DNA from: a virus
Length of the DNA: 64,000 nucleotides
IMG/VR virus record: IMGVR_UViG_3300002054_000009
Direction: 5' to 3' (one strand)
This document shows positions 37,224-47,241 of this stretch, one piece after another; the stretch's first letter is position 1; each line of letters starts with the position of its first letter. The notes beneath the pieces were generated by a model that was not told the origin of the DNA, ran no database searches, and worked only from the letters and a program-made list of their open reading frames with translations. The position numbers were made by a program, and so were the translations under genes.

Positions 37224-37686
37224 GTGATCTATTTTTATTTTTGTAGGTTTGAGATATTTCTCACATGTCAAATCAATCACAAAAAATAATGTGAACTTCT
37301 CGCATCGTTTTTTCTTTGTATGCCTTCGAGATAGTTACCCTATACACTGACATCACTCGCACCTATACGGCTCGGTATCGACGCTCAGAGCATCAGGAAA
37401 CGATAGTTTGAACCAACGGCTGACAGTAATCTATAGCTAACAGACCAAAGGATCAACCCACAAGATATTGTGATGGAGTAGACATTACAACATTTCTCAC
37501 ATTGTGATGTAAGTTTGTTGAGACATTTCTCTCAATACCACGTTCTGCGAACGCGATCACAAAAAAGGGACAAATACCTCATCGGACTTCGATCACAAAA
37601 AAATAATTCCAGAACCGATCCTTTTTTGTGACCCAAGCACGGGACATAACCGATCAATCGACCTACAATGGCACCACACCAACGCA

Positions 37687-38154
37687 ATGAGACACACGAC
37701 TATGACCGCATCTGCTACCCAGTTCGCTATTGTTGCCGTTTTTCAGGTTCGTGAGAACTACGCCGCCCATGATGGTTTTACGGGCGAGTATTACTGGAAG
37801 TGTAAGGGAGGCGAGGAGGCCGTGTCCGATCTTATGTCGCTCGATACCCTTATGGGTATGGATCAAGCCGCTAAGGAAGCGCTGGTCGCTTCTATTGCGC
37901 CCGAGTCTAACGACTATTATGAGCACACGCTCATAGATTGGGAAATTGTTTCCCTTGACTCCGAATCTGCGAACAGGGTCGCAGATTTTATTGCCGAATC
38001 TCCGGGCGAGGATATTGATTTCCTGCGGTACAAGTTTGGTAACGATTTCCTATTTGATTGGGCCGTGAAGCAGCGCCCAGAAATAGCAAAAAATACTTCC
38101 GACCCTTTCGGATATGCGAGGCGGTTGGGGATTGAGCTACCGACCGCTGCGTAG
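37687..38154 (+). CDS. hypothetical cassette protein
   Basis: TACAAT 37664; higher GC than flanks. Confidence 0.7.
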   Translation: MRHTTMTASATQFAIVAVFQVRENYAAHDGFTGEYYWKCKGGEEAVSDLMSLDTLMGMDQAAKEALVASIAPESNDYYEHTLIDWEIVSLDSESANRVADFIAESPGEDIDFLRYKFGNDFLFDWAVKQRPEIAKNTSDPFGYARRLGIELPTAA

Positions 38155-38163
38155 TTCACAAAA

Positions 38164-38195
38164 CAGAAAAGGGAACCAAAAGGTTCCCTTTTCTG
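38164..38195 (+). terminator. intrinsic terminator
   Basis: CAGAAAAGGGAACC-AAAA-GGTTCCCTTTTCTG. Confidence 0.85.
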
Positions 38196-38436
38196 TGATA
38201 TAATTTTATTTTTATAGGTCTGAGACATTTTACACAAAAAACTTACATCACAAAATAAAAATGTGAAGTTATCGCATCATTTTTTCTCTGTGTACTCTCA
38301 TCCCAGTTATCCTATACGATGATACTACTGACACTTATACGGTCGCATACAGAGCCAATGGCTGGCACTGTTGGGTATTTATTGGCATATATACTGAAGT
38401 ACCACCTCTCAATTCATTCGGTTGATGACGAGGAAT

Positions 38437-38478
38437 TGTGAGGTAGATCACCGAAAAATACTTTCGTACCCCCTATAA
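38437..38478 (+). promoter_or_regulatory. class II CRP-like promoter
   Basis: TGTGA-GGTAGA-TCACC centred about -40.5 relative to TATAAT 38473. Confidence 0.6.
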
Positions 38479-38516
38479 TAGTTTACACACCAACGCAAAA
38501 ACGAGACTTAAATCAC

Positions 38517-38960
38517 ATGAAAACTCGATTCACTAATGTTGATGCAGTTCGCACTTTCCTTGCCCAATCTCAGGATTATGGCACAAATGCTGGTGGATCG
38601 TTTTATTTTCGTGATTCCGTCGCATATTCGTATGGGGATCATTATCCGTTGGCGCGCTTCTTGTCATGTGGTACGCTTCTCATTTCTGAGCGCGATAGCT
38701 CACCTACTACAAACAAACTCAACACATTACTAAGGCGTGAAGCCCGCTGTGAGATTATCGAAGTGCAAGATGTACTAGCAGATACCCGTGATGATCGTGG
38801 CGCTAACATGGACCGCTTGAATGCTCTAGCAGAGCAATCTAAAGCTAAGGCTAGCCGCTCGCGCAAATACGCTGAGCTTCATCTAAACGATGCCAGCCGC
38901 TACTATAATATGCTAACCCGATATATGGAATTGACGGTTCCCGATGCGATAGCCGCCTAA
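38517..38960 (+). CDS. hypothetical cassette protein
   Basis: YSYG.HYPLA motif typical of small phage proteins. Confidence 0.7.
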   Translation: MKTRFTNVDAVRTFLAQSQDYGTNAGGSFYFRDSVAYSYGDHYPLARFLSCGTLLISERDSSPTTNKLNTLLRREARCEIIEVQDVLADTRDDRGANMDRLNALAEQSKAKASRSRKYAELHLNDASRYYNMLTRYMELTVPDAIAA

Positions 38961-39240
38961 CACAAACACGAAAAAGAAAGTGAGAGATGATTCTCACTTT
39001 CTTTTTTTAATACACTTTTTTGTTTTGTGATCGGATACCAGTGAGACATTTTTCACACTGTGATCCAATTCTTTTGAGACATTTCTCACAAAAGTATTCT
39101 ATCACAAAAATAAAGTGTGATCTAGTTCCAGTTGATCCACGTCACAAAAATAAAATAAAAAATCATCACAAAAATTGTGAACCAATGCCACCATTTTTTA
39201 TTCATCGCAGTATAATGATCGCACACCAACCAACGTAGGA

Positions 39241-39516
39241 ATGGATATGCACAAGCTGACTGTCGTAGAACTTGATATCTGGGGCGACGAGGTAGACGGT
39301 TTTGAGGTGAACAATGCGTTCTATACGTCTTATTCACTGGGTGTCTCCGAGGATTGTAGCGATGCGAAAATCATTCAAGGTTTGATCGACATTGATTACC
39401 TGTCAGTTGATGTGACCGAGGATGATGTAGAGATCGACGGAGATCCTGAGCACGGTCTTTATATCAACCTCGCAGAGAATGGTAAGCCGTTGATCCATCT
39501 CCTCCCCAGATACTAA
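39241..39516 (+). CDS. acidic hypothetical cassette protein
   Basis: TATAAT 39211. Confidence 0.7.
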   Translation: MDMHKLTVVELDIWGDEVDGFEVNNAFYTSYSLGVSEDCSDAKIIQGLIDIDYLSVDVTEDDVEIDGDPEHGLYINLAENGKPLIHLLPRY

Positions 39517-39557
39517 TAGGTAGGCGCTGGTAAGGTTTCTATAATTTACCAGCGCCA

Positions 39558-39605
39558 TACACTTTTACACTTTTACACTTTTACACTTTTACACTTTTAC
39601 ACTTT
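39558..39605. repeat. TACACTTT x6 microsatellite
   Basis: Same array at 57572-57618. Confidence 0.9.
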
Positions 39606-39640
39606 TATGGACACCATACCAACGTAAACGGGCAAGCATT

Positions 39641-39850
39641 ATGAATAAGTCATTCCTATCTATTGAGCACACGTTCAAAAATGTTGAGAATGGTGAACTA
39701 CTTAACATTGCAGTTGAGCGAACGGTGCCGCCCGAGAATGGTGTCTCAGAATGTGAGCACGTTACTGCCATTGGGCACAAAATGGCGAAAGCCATCACAC
39801 TTTCTGGAACATGGGTATATTTTATGTCTCAATGGGTAAACTGTGAATAA
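39641..39850 (+). CDS. hypothetical cassette protein
   Basis: ACCAAC leader. Confidence 0.6.
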   Translation: MNKSFLSIEHTFKNVENGELLNIAVERTVPPENGVSECEHVTAIGHKMAKAITLSGTWVYFMSQWVNCE

Positions 39851-40092
39851 AATCACTAAATAATCCTACAGACTAATATAGGAAATTATTGTTGAGAACC
39901 AAATAACACAGATTTTTGTGTTATTTGGTCCATAATATACACAAAGTATGTCAGACTTCTTTATCAGACAACGATAGTGAGAGATAGATCACAAATTAAC
40001 TTTTGTGATCTATCCTACAGCGAGACATTTCTCACAGATGTATTGGTCCACAAAAAGAAGATTCCATTCTCTTTTTTGTGGACTACTGCTCA

Positions 40093-40287
40093 TTATTTTT
40101 TCGTAGCAGCCCGTTCTTCCTGATAGGAAAACAGTGTAGCTTGTGCATCTGTTAATGCTTTAATGCGCTTTTCAATTTGACTATATTCCATATCTGCATG
40201 GACAGCTTCTAATTCATTTGCACGGCGGATGACCGCCAGCTTAAAACCACGTTCGATCATGTTAGCAGTGTCAGTAGATACGCTCAT
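40093..40287 (-). CDS. hypothetical cassette protein (start MSVSTD)
   Basis: AGGA RBS; TATAAT 40329-40324; CGTGA-N6-TCACA 40350-40365. Confidence 0.65.
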   Translation of the reverse strand: MSVSTDTANMIERGFKLAVIRRANELEAVHADMEYSQIEKRIKALTDAQATLFSYQEERAATKK

Positions 40288-40466
40288 ATTTAGATTCCTG
40301 TATAGGTCGATTCGATGTGGTCCATTATAACGCCATGTCTTAAAATATCCGTGATGTCGATCACAAAAAATAATTTCAAATCCGATTCTTTTTTGTGATC
40401 GTATTCTCTCCAATTTTTTTAGTCGCTGGTATAATGGACATATTCCCACCAATGAATATGTAAACA

Positions 40467-40886
40467 ATGTCTGATCTTATCAATATGCGTGTTTTTCGCG
40501 TTGAACACATGACAGACAAGCATGATAGTTCTAAGCATTTCTTAGGTCCATTCGGTCACAATAGTTGTATGTTTGCCTACGCTTGTAACACGTTGCTAGA
40601 TGATGATCCGTATTCCCATCCTATCCCTAGCAATGATGGAATATCCTTGCGATGGTTTGAAGGCAACCGTGTATGTGCAGTGCAGACATTGGATATGGTA
40701 GCAGAATGGTTTGAGTGCCCGTTGGGAAGGCGAGCGATGGCTAGTCTAGGTTTTCATGTAGTCGAGTATCAAGCATCTGTTAACGCCGCTCATATAGGCG
40801 ATATGCAAGTAGTATTTGATCCATCACTAGCCGAGCCTGTTTCGACCTATCATCTCGAAACCTTGCAGAAGTTCACAAATTGCTAA
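40467..40886 (+). CDS. hypothetical cassette protein
   Basis: TATAAT 40430, divergent from previous gene. Confidence 0.7.
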   Translation: MSDLINMRVFRVEHMTDKHDSSKHFLGPFGHNSCMFAYACNTLLDDDPYSHPIPSNDGISLRWFEGNRVCAVQTLDMVAEWFECPLGRRAMASLGFHVVEYQASVNAAHIGDMQVVFDPSLAEPVSTYHLETLQKFTNC

Positions 40887-41061
40887 TAAAAGTTGTTTTG
40901 TGATTGGTTGATGGGTGATATTTTTCACAAATAGATGAGTTCACAAACCTCCATCACAAAAAATAATTTTCAAATAGGAGTATTTTTTGTGAGTTAGTTA
41001 CTGTACCTATCAATCCAATTTACCTATAATAGCCCCATCAACCAACGAGAGATTAGACGTT

Positions 41062-41256
41062 ATGAGCAAAGAGCAAATGCAAAAGATTTTCGCTGAATAT
41101 GATTGTGAAAACAAGACTCAGTATCTTGAGATGCTCGCTGACGAGAATGATGTACCGTTGTCTGATGTTCAGATGCTCGCTGATATTCTAGGTGATAATG
41201 AGTTGTTTGATGGTCTAGTGACTAGTGTTGAGGACATGGGAGGCGGTTGGATGTAA
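41062..41256 (+). CDS. small acidic cassette protein
   Basis: YLEMLADE..VP...V.MLA.ILG..E.FDGLV. Confidence 0.7.
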   Translation: MSKEQMQKIFAEYDCENKTQYLEMLADENDVPLSDVQMLADILGDNELFDGLVTSVEDMGGGWM

Positions 41257-41340
41257 TTTTCTGTAGTGTGTTGTGTGTAGCAGAATCGTGGTGGATTCTG
41301 TAGAAGGGGCTTCGGCCCCTTTTTTGTGATCTATTTTTAT

Positions 41341-41384
41341 TGTGACATTTCTCACATAAAAATAATTATGTGAAATTGATCACA
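41341..41384. promoter_or_regulatory. two perfect CRP-consensus boxes
   Basis: TGTGA-CATTTC-TCACA (41341) and TGTGA-AATTGA-TCACA (41369). Confidence 0.7.
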
Positions 41385-41487
41385 CAAAAATAATATCAAA
41401 TAGCACTATCAAATTGTGAATCAATACCACCATATTTTTATCCATCGCGCTATAATGACTCCACATCAACCAAAACAGGAATACAAA

Positions 41488-41757
41488 ATGTCATCTGTCG
41501 AATCACTCAAGTTCGTAATTAACAACAACGGTGATGCTGCGAAAACGTTGATGGAAAACTATCGCAATGTGTTCTTGCTTGCGATGGATTTAGACAAGGC
41601 TATGGCTCTTGCAAGCCCTCACGCTCGCAATTACCAGACTGCCGAGGTTGGAGAATTCGAGGCTGATGTGAAGCTCTGGAATGAGCTGAGAACGCAACTA
41701 AAAAATATTGAGAACGTGGCTGCAAAAGCAGGCTACCGCGCAATCCAAAAGAAGTAA
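41488..41757 (+). CDS. hypothetical cassette protein
   Basis: TATAAT 41451; AGGA RBS. Confidence 0.7.
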   Translation: MSSVESLKFVINNNGDAAKTLMENYRNVFLLAMDLDKAMALASPHARNYQTAEVGEFEADVKLWNELRTQLKNIENVAAKAGYRAIQKK

Positions 41758-41807
41758 TAACAAAATTTAAGTGATCTAAATACTAGAAACCAAACAGGAA
41801 ACACTAT

Positions 41808-42041
41808 ATGAACACTTATAAATGCCGAGCTGAAGCTGCCGCCGATGTTACCAAAATGAAAAATGCGCTAGGCGATTCTGCTACCGTTAAAGGCGTTAAA
41901 GGCTCAGACGTTACCATCGAGTCCGATCTCGATTTAGCCAAGCTCAGAAGCAAAATGAAGGCGGTAGGTGATGATACCCATCGCATGTACCAGACACTAA
42001 ACACTGCTGACAAGTATGATGGTAGTATCGTATCGTGGTAA
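41808..42041 (+). CDS. hypothetical protein with late-type promoter
   Basis: TAAATA 41777. Confidence 0.65.
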   Translation: MNTYKCRAEAAADVTKMKNALGDSATVKGVKGSDVTIESDLDLAKLRSKMKAVGDDTHRMYQTLNTADKYDGSIVSW

Positions 42042-42164
42042 ATTAACGATCTTTTTTGTGATTCAATTCTTTTGCGACATTTCTCTCAAAAAATAAAATG
42101 TGGAGTTGATCACAGAAAAAATAATTCTTTTCTCATATCATTTTTGTGAATCAATGCCACCATA

Positions 42165-42467
42165 GAATTTAATGCTTCACTGCGTGCTGAACACGGTCGC
42201 AAGTATATCAAAGTTCTCAAAGAAAACAGTGTCTGGGGATTTATTGTCGCGGTCGATAATGATAAGAAGTTCAAGAAAGGCGACATCCTTAAAGCTGCCA
42301 GCTACAAGACTCCAGAACGCAACGCTGCTAGAGGAAACATCCTGACAGGTTATTCTGTTAATTGGACAGGCCCAGCCTATTTGGGAACGAAACAGGTAGA
42401 AAAATCACAGACGTTGGCAGCAGCGGGGGAAACTGTACAAAATCTCAAAAATGTGACCTATGCCTAA
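42165..42467 (+). pseudogene. 5'-truncated conserved phage gene (GRKYIK...GDILKAAS.K.P...RGNI...WTGP.YL)
   Basis: Coding frame begins directly after promoter-proximal TGTGAATCAATGCCACCATA; -10 box and start codon are missing. Confidence 0.75.
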
Positions 42468-42475
42468 TAAAACTA

Positions 42476-42498
42476 GGGAGCCGAAAGGCTCCCTTTTT
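42476..42498 (+). terminator. intrinsic terminator GGGAGCC-GAAA-GGCTCCC-T5
   Basis: Same hairpin at 43278-43303. Confidence 0.9.
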
Positions 42499-42648
42499 GA
42501 TTCAATTCACTATTGACTTTCCTCACAAAAGTATTCCATCACAAAAAATTCTTTTATTTCTCATACACTTTTTGTGATCGAATCCAATCATTTATTTTTT
42601 GGTCGCTAGTATAATGGGTCGCATACCAACCAATATAGGAATACCGTT

Positions 42649-42930
42649 ATGTCATCAGATGAAACCACCTACGAATTGATCGAGGAACGTTTGGTTGATG
42701 CTGGCCTTGAGCCGGAAGATTTTGATGTAGCTGATATGGTTTTCGATTTTAATAACGGAAACCTGAACCTTAACACAGATGAGTTGGAAGTTTATGATAA
42801 GTTTAACATTGTTCGTTGTAGTATTGTGAATGGACAGTTTAAGCAGGCAAAAAGTCAGTGTGAGCGCTATCACATTGATTTTGAGAACACGTACTTGTCT
42901 GTTACAGGTAGTAATTTTGGAGGTATTTGA
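42649..42930 (+). CDS. acidic hypothetical cassette protein
   Basis: TATAAT 42610. Confidence 0.7.
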   Translation: MSSDETTYELIEERLVDAGLEPEDFDVADMVFDFNNGNLNLNTDELEVYDKFNIVRCSIVNGQFKQAKSQCERYHIDFENTYLSVTGSNFGGI

Positions 42931-43089
42931 TGAAAACAAATATTTTGTGAGTCAGTTCTTTTGTGATATTTCTCACAACTTACACATCCATCACAATGTG
43001 AGAAATGTCTCAGTGGTATTTGGCCACAAAACTACGTCACAAAAAAATAATTCTTTTCTCATATCATTTTTGTGAATCAATGCCACCAT

Positions 43090-43266
43090 ATTGCCAGAAT
43101 GGTCAACAATGACGTTGACTTCGATGGATATGGTCTGTCGGACGATGAAGATGAAGATGAAGATATCCACAATAGCATGGTGGGCTTTGCGGTGGATAAG
43201 CGCGTAAACACCCTACTTAATACCTTAGCCGCGAATCCACACATCTGTCACGTTCCAAAATACTAA
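43090..43266 (+). pseudogene. 5'-truncated cassette gene
   Basis: Same left junction TGTGAATCAATGCCACCATA as at 42145. Confidence 0.6.
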
Positions 43267-43465
43267 CAGAAAATAAGAAGGGAGCCGAAAGGCTCCCTTT
43301 TTTGTGATCCAATTCTTTTGCGACATTTCTCTCAAAAAATAATTGTGTGATGTTGATCACATAAAAAATGTTTTCTTTTTCCATACACTTTTTGTGATCT
43401 AATTCAATACACTTTTTTGGTAATACACTATAATGGCTCCACACCAACCAATTGAGGGCTTACAC

Positions 43466-43786
43466 ATGTTCATCACTGAATCAACTTCTAGTCGTGGCTC
43501 AAGCCTTAATATCCTCGCACCGTTAACCAATGCAGGAATTCCCATTGATAAAATCTTCGAGGAAATTATGTGGATTAACTTTGTGAAGGGGAACATGTAT
43601 TTTTTCGAGAATGATGGGCATGATTATATCTATAATTTCTCACGAGTGGGTCGTGATTTTGCAATGAATCGCAGGCAGAAAAAAGCTCTGGTGCGTTATG
43701 TGACACGATCAACAGAAGTTATTTCTGAGAATGTTGAGTGTTACAAATTAGACCGAGATCTCAAATTACAGGAGAATGTGACATGA
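43466..43786 (+). CDS. hypothetical cassette protein
   Basis: TATAAT 43429; perfect CRP box 43346-43361. Confidence 0.7.
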   Translation: MFITESTSSRGSSLNILAPLTNAGIPIDKIFEEIMWINFVKGNMYFFENDGHDYIYNFSRVGRDFAMNRRQKKALVRYVTRSTEVISENVECYKLDRDLKLQENVT

Positions 43787-44049
43787 GTTGGGAATTGAAA
43801 AAAATAGATGCAGGTCACAAGAAGAATGAAGTTTTCGTGACGAGCTTTTTTGGTGGTGAACATGACAAGCGTTGTTTACAGTTAACACAAGTTGCAGGCG
43901 AAGGTTCTGGAATTGAAGGATCAACGCAATTTGTGCAGCTCTCACGCGCTCAATTGTTGGAACTGGTCAAGCGTATAAATGACTGGGATTCAGGCGCTGT
44001 AAGCGAGTATGATCCACATGGTACGGGTATTTTTCCAGAGGATGACTAG
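43783..44049 (+). CDS. hypothetical protein
   Basis: AGGAGA RBS, coupled. Confidence 0.65.
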   Translation: MSWELKKIDAGHKKNEVFVTSFFGGEHDKRCLQLTQVAGEGSGIEGSTQFVQLSRAQLLELVKRINDWDSGAVSEYDPHGTGIFPEDD

Positions 44050-44246
44050 AAAATCAGGAGGTGTAAAAACCTCCTGATTTTTTGTGATGGGATACTAATG
44101 AGATATTTTTCACAAAAGTATTAGATCACAAAACCACGTCACAAAAAATAATATCAAGAGACACTCAAAAATTGTGAACCAATACCAACACATTTTTCTT
44201 CAATATCGTATTATATTCCTACTGAAACGAAACGTGTTCAACGCAA

Positions 44247-45050
44247 ATGACCAAACTCAATCGCACAATCCTCGCCACATTAGTTCCCGTTCTCATAGTC
44301 GGATGTGAGGCTAGTGACGTTGGTGATGTTATGGACAAAACAAGTGAAGTCATTTTTGAAGATTTCATTGGTTCTCTTATGAATGGCAACAAATACGATA
44401 GTGATTCAAACTCTGTTGTTGTGAAACCGTCCACAGAAACAGAAGATGATAGTGTGGAAGTTGCTCAGGAAGAGAGAACTGTGATCGTGACCCCAGAAGC
44501 AACTACTACTGTAGTAGCTGAAGAAGAATCTGTGATTGAATCGGATGAACCAAATATAGTAGTTCAGCAAGAATCAGACGTGGTTCATATAGAAGATGTG
44601 ACGTATGATGAGGATCTACCGATTGCTGAGATTATTGCGAATTTATTTGCAGTAACAGAAAATCAGGATGAGCCTGTCGCTGAGGAGCGATCCTTTACGG
44701 TTGACTTTGATCCTTCCATGAATCCACGTAAGGGATGGGCTGATAGTTATTCTGTAGGCAATCGCTGTTATATGCACACAACATTCGATCATGGTGCAGG
44801 TGATCTAGTAGTTAATACACCTTATGGTGAGATGACGGTTTTCATGGTCCATGAGACTATTGGACCCGGACCCGGTATCAAACATGCAGAAGCTATTTAC
44901 AACGATGTACAGTGTGGTAATGGTCCTGCTAACAATGTAGGTGATGAGGACGTAGGTCAATGTCCGGGACGAGTAGATCAAGGTGGTGCAGGATGTGGAA
45001 CCATACACTATGGATGGTTTGACTATCTTGAGTTAGAAAGTGTTGACTGA
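44247..45050 (+). CDS. lipoprotein with acidic linker and Cys/His-rich C-terminal domain
   Basis: Lipobox LIVG-C; WADSYSV..RCY...FDHG...YNDVQCGNGPAN.GDE...CPGRVD.G..GC. Confidence 0.75.
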   Translation: MTKLNRTILATLVPVLIVGCEASDVGDVMDKTSEVIFEDFIGSLMNGNKYDSDSNSVVVKPSTETEDDSVEVAQEERTVIVTPEATTTVVAEEESVIESDEPNIVVQQESDVVHIEDVTYDEDLPIAEIIANLFAVTENQDEPVAEERSFTVDFDPSMNPRKGWADSYSVGNRCYMHTTFDHGAGDLVVNTPYGEMTVFMVHETIGPGPGIKHAEAIYNDVQCGNGPANNVGDEDVGQCPGRVDQGGAGCGTIHYGWFDYLELESVD

Positions 45051-45277
45051 TACACAATTACAATAATAATCTGATACACTTCCGGGAGGTTGAGAAATCA
45101 ACCTCCTTTTTTAATACACTTTTTGATATTTTTGTGATGGTAGTTTTTTAATACACTTTTCACAAAAGTATTGATTCACATAAAATAATTCTTTTCTCAT
45201 ACACTTTTTGTTAATTAGTTCCTACACATATTTTTCTCATACACTATAATGGACATATCAACCAATACAGAAATAAT

Positions 45278-45490
45278 TTACCATCTATTACCGGGCGCAT
45301 TTTTTTGCATTTTTGATACAACATTATCAATTAAATCTTTTTGAAATCCCTTTCTTCGCAATTCTTTTTTAATTGTTAAGAAGTTAACACCCTTATCGTG
45401 CATGGCGTAAGCTTCTTCTTCACATGCTTCTAAATCACCATCCCACGATTCTTTCAATCGGCCAATTTCCATCAATTCTTTTAAGATCAT
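45278..45490 (-). CDS. small protein with MxLxELxE N-terminus (late)
   Basis: MILKELME; TAAATA at 45515-45520 on minus strand. Confidence 0.65.
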   Translation of the reverse strand: MILKELMEIGRLKESWDGDLEACEEEAYAMHDKGVNFLTIKKELRRKGFQKDLIDNVVSKMQKNAPGNRW

Positions 45491-45767
45491 AACAATAATT
45501 CCATAAGTTTCATTTATTTATTATTGTGATGTAGTTCTATTATGACTTTCCTCACAATGGTATTCAGTCACACAAAAATAATATCAAATAACACTATCAA
45601 ATTGTGAATCAATACCACCATATTTTTATTCATCGCGCTATAATAAGTCTCATACCAACTAAGGAAAGATGTGCAATCAAACAAATCACAAAATTAAAAA
45701 AAGAAATACCCCGAACAATTTTAATTTTGATATAATAACTCCACAACAACCAAAGAGAGATACGAAA

Positions 45768-46127
45768 ATGGCACAGCAATACGAACGTGAAACTGTTATC
45801 GCCTTCCCTGAGTTGGATTCCATGCGCGACCTAGATGGTGAAGATAAAACCACCATCATGAAAATCAGAACGTCTAAGGGGTACAATGGTGGAGCGGTAG
45901 AGACTGGAGTTATGGTTGTTACACGCGATGATGGATTCATTACGTTTAAGGTGTTTGGGGACTATATGGTGACTGTCAAACGCAAAGAAGCCAAGCGAGT
46001 GACTAAAAAAGCAGTCGATACCATGCACGATTCTATCACAGAAGATGATATTGCTTATTGGAAAAATTGTGCAACCGATCATTATGTTGAGAAGTTGGCA
46101 AAAAAAGCATTGCTAGATGCAGCATAA
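45768..46127 (+). CDS. hypothetical cassette protein
   Basis: TATAAT 45731; terminator 46131. Confidence 0.7.
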   Translation: MAQQYERETVIAFPELDSMRDLDGEDKTTIMKIRTSKGYNGGAVETGVMVVTRDDGFITFKVFGDYMVTVKRKEAKRVTKKAVDTMHDSITEDDIAYWKNCATDHYVEKLAKKALLDAA

Positions 46128-46179
46128 CCAAGGAAGGGGCTTCGGCCCCTTTCCTGTATACTAGATAAAGGAGGCACCT

Positions 46180-46401
46180 ATGGAACTTGATTCAAAAAAT
46201 GAGCGACCAATTAACTCAGGGATTACCCGAGTATGTGGAGTGACTGGCAAAACAATCACCAAACATATTCCGGGCGCAAATAATGGGGTTATTGAGGAAT
46301 GGCTCAAGATTCCGAGGGAGGATCGTCCGTTGCTTGATAGTGTGACACAACCCCTTAGACCAGAAGAAAAACGATTTATTTTGTCCGGAATTGACTACTA
46401 A
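46180..46401 (+). CDS. hypothetical protein
   Basis: AAGGAGG RBS. Confidence 0.7.
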   Translation: MELDSKNERPINSGITRVCGVTGKTITKHIPGANNGVIEEWLKIPREDRPLLDSVTQPLRPEEKRFILSGIDY

Positions 46402-46514
46402 TAACAACGAACATCACAAAAATTCTTTTATTTCTCATACACTTTTTGTGATTTAATTCAATACACTTTTTTGGTAATACACTACAATAGTTACATACCA
46501 ACGGAGACAGACCA

Positions 46515-46760
46515 ATGAACGCACAAATCACACGCGCTATCTTCAAGGCGACGGGCCATGCTGATGTAAAGGTATTCAAGGCAGAGGGCCTGTGCTATTT
46601 TGGTTCGGACACTAACAATGCGATTGATACAATCTTGTCTGCTGGTGACGCCCCTAGCGTTTATGTAAACGCCCTAAACCACCTAACCGTGGATCAGTGG
46701 GTAAATGAGTTCAAAAACGCCCTACAGGAAGCAATGGATAACATCAACGATGTTCTGTGA
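46515..46760 (+). CDS. hypothetical cassette protein
   Basis: TACAAT promoter, GGAG RBS. Confidence 0.7.
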   Translation: MNAQITRAIFKATGHADVKVFKAEGLCYFGSDTNNAIDTILSAGDAPSVYVNALNHLTVDQWVNEFKNALQEAMDNINDVL

Positions 46761-46914
46761 TGTGATGTGATTATCTGTGCGACATTTCTCTCAAAAAACT
46801 TGGATCACAAAAAAATAATTTCAAAACCGGTCCTAATTTGTTAACCAGTTCCTTCTAAGATTTTGGTAGCTTGATATAATAGCTCCACACCAACGCAAAG
46901 AGAGCAACACAATT

Positions 46915-47241
46915 ATGGTTATGTTTGAATGGGTAGCTGAGGAAATTCTTGCAGACGATTCTCATGGTGATATTGTAAATGTGAGTCACTTTGATGAGTT
47001 GTCTGAGGCGTCTGAGTTCATTACGGATGCTATGTTTAACAACCTGTTGAGTGATAAACCAAAGATTCGGTTTGATCTTGGACTCAAGCGACTAGACCAT
47101 GAAGGTGATGTTGCATACGCTTATATCAAGGATGGTGAGTTGCCTGCTGTGCTCCGCAATGCTTGTGGTGGTATCGTCACACATGTACCTGCACGATATG
47201 TCAAAGAGTTTATCAAAACTACTCTCTGGGAGGATGTGTAA
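46915..47241 (+). CDS. acidic hypothetical cassette protein
   Basis: TATAAT 46875. Confidence 0.7.
   Translation: MVMFEWVAEEILADDSHGDIVNVSHFDELSEASEFITDAMFNNLLSDKPKIRFDLGLKRLDHEGDVAYAYIKDGELPAVLRNACGGIVTHVPARYVKEFIKTTLWEDV

Larger units (their letters stand above)
36652..37607. repeat. 67-bp inverted repeat pair (36652-36718 and 37541-37607)
   Basis: 3 mismatches by manual alignment. Confidence 0.85.
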
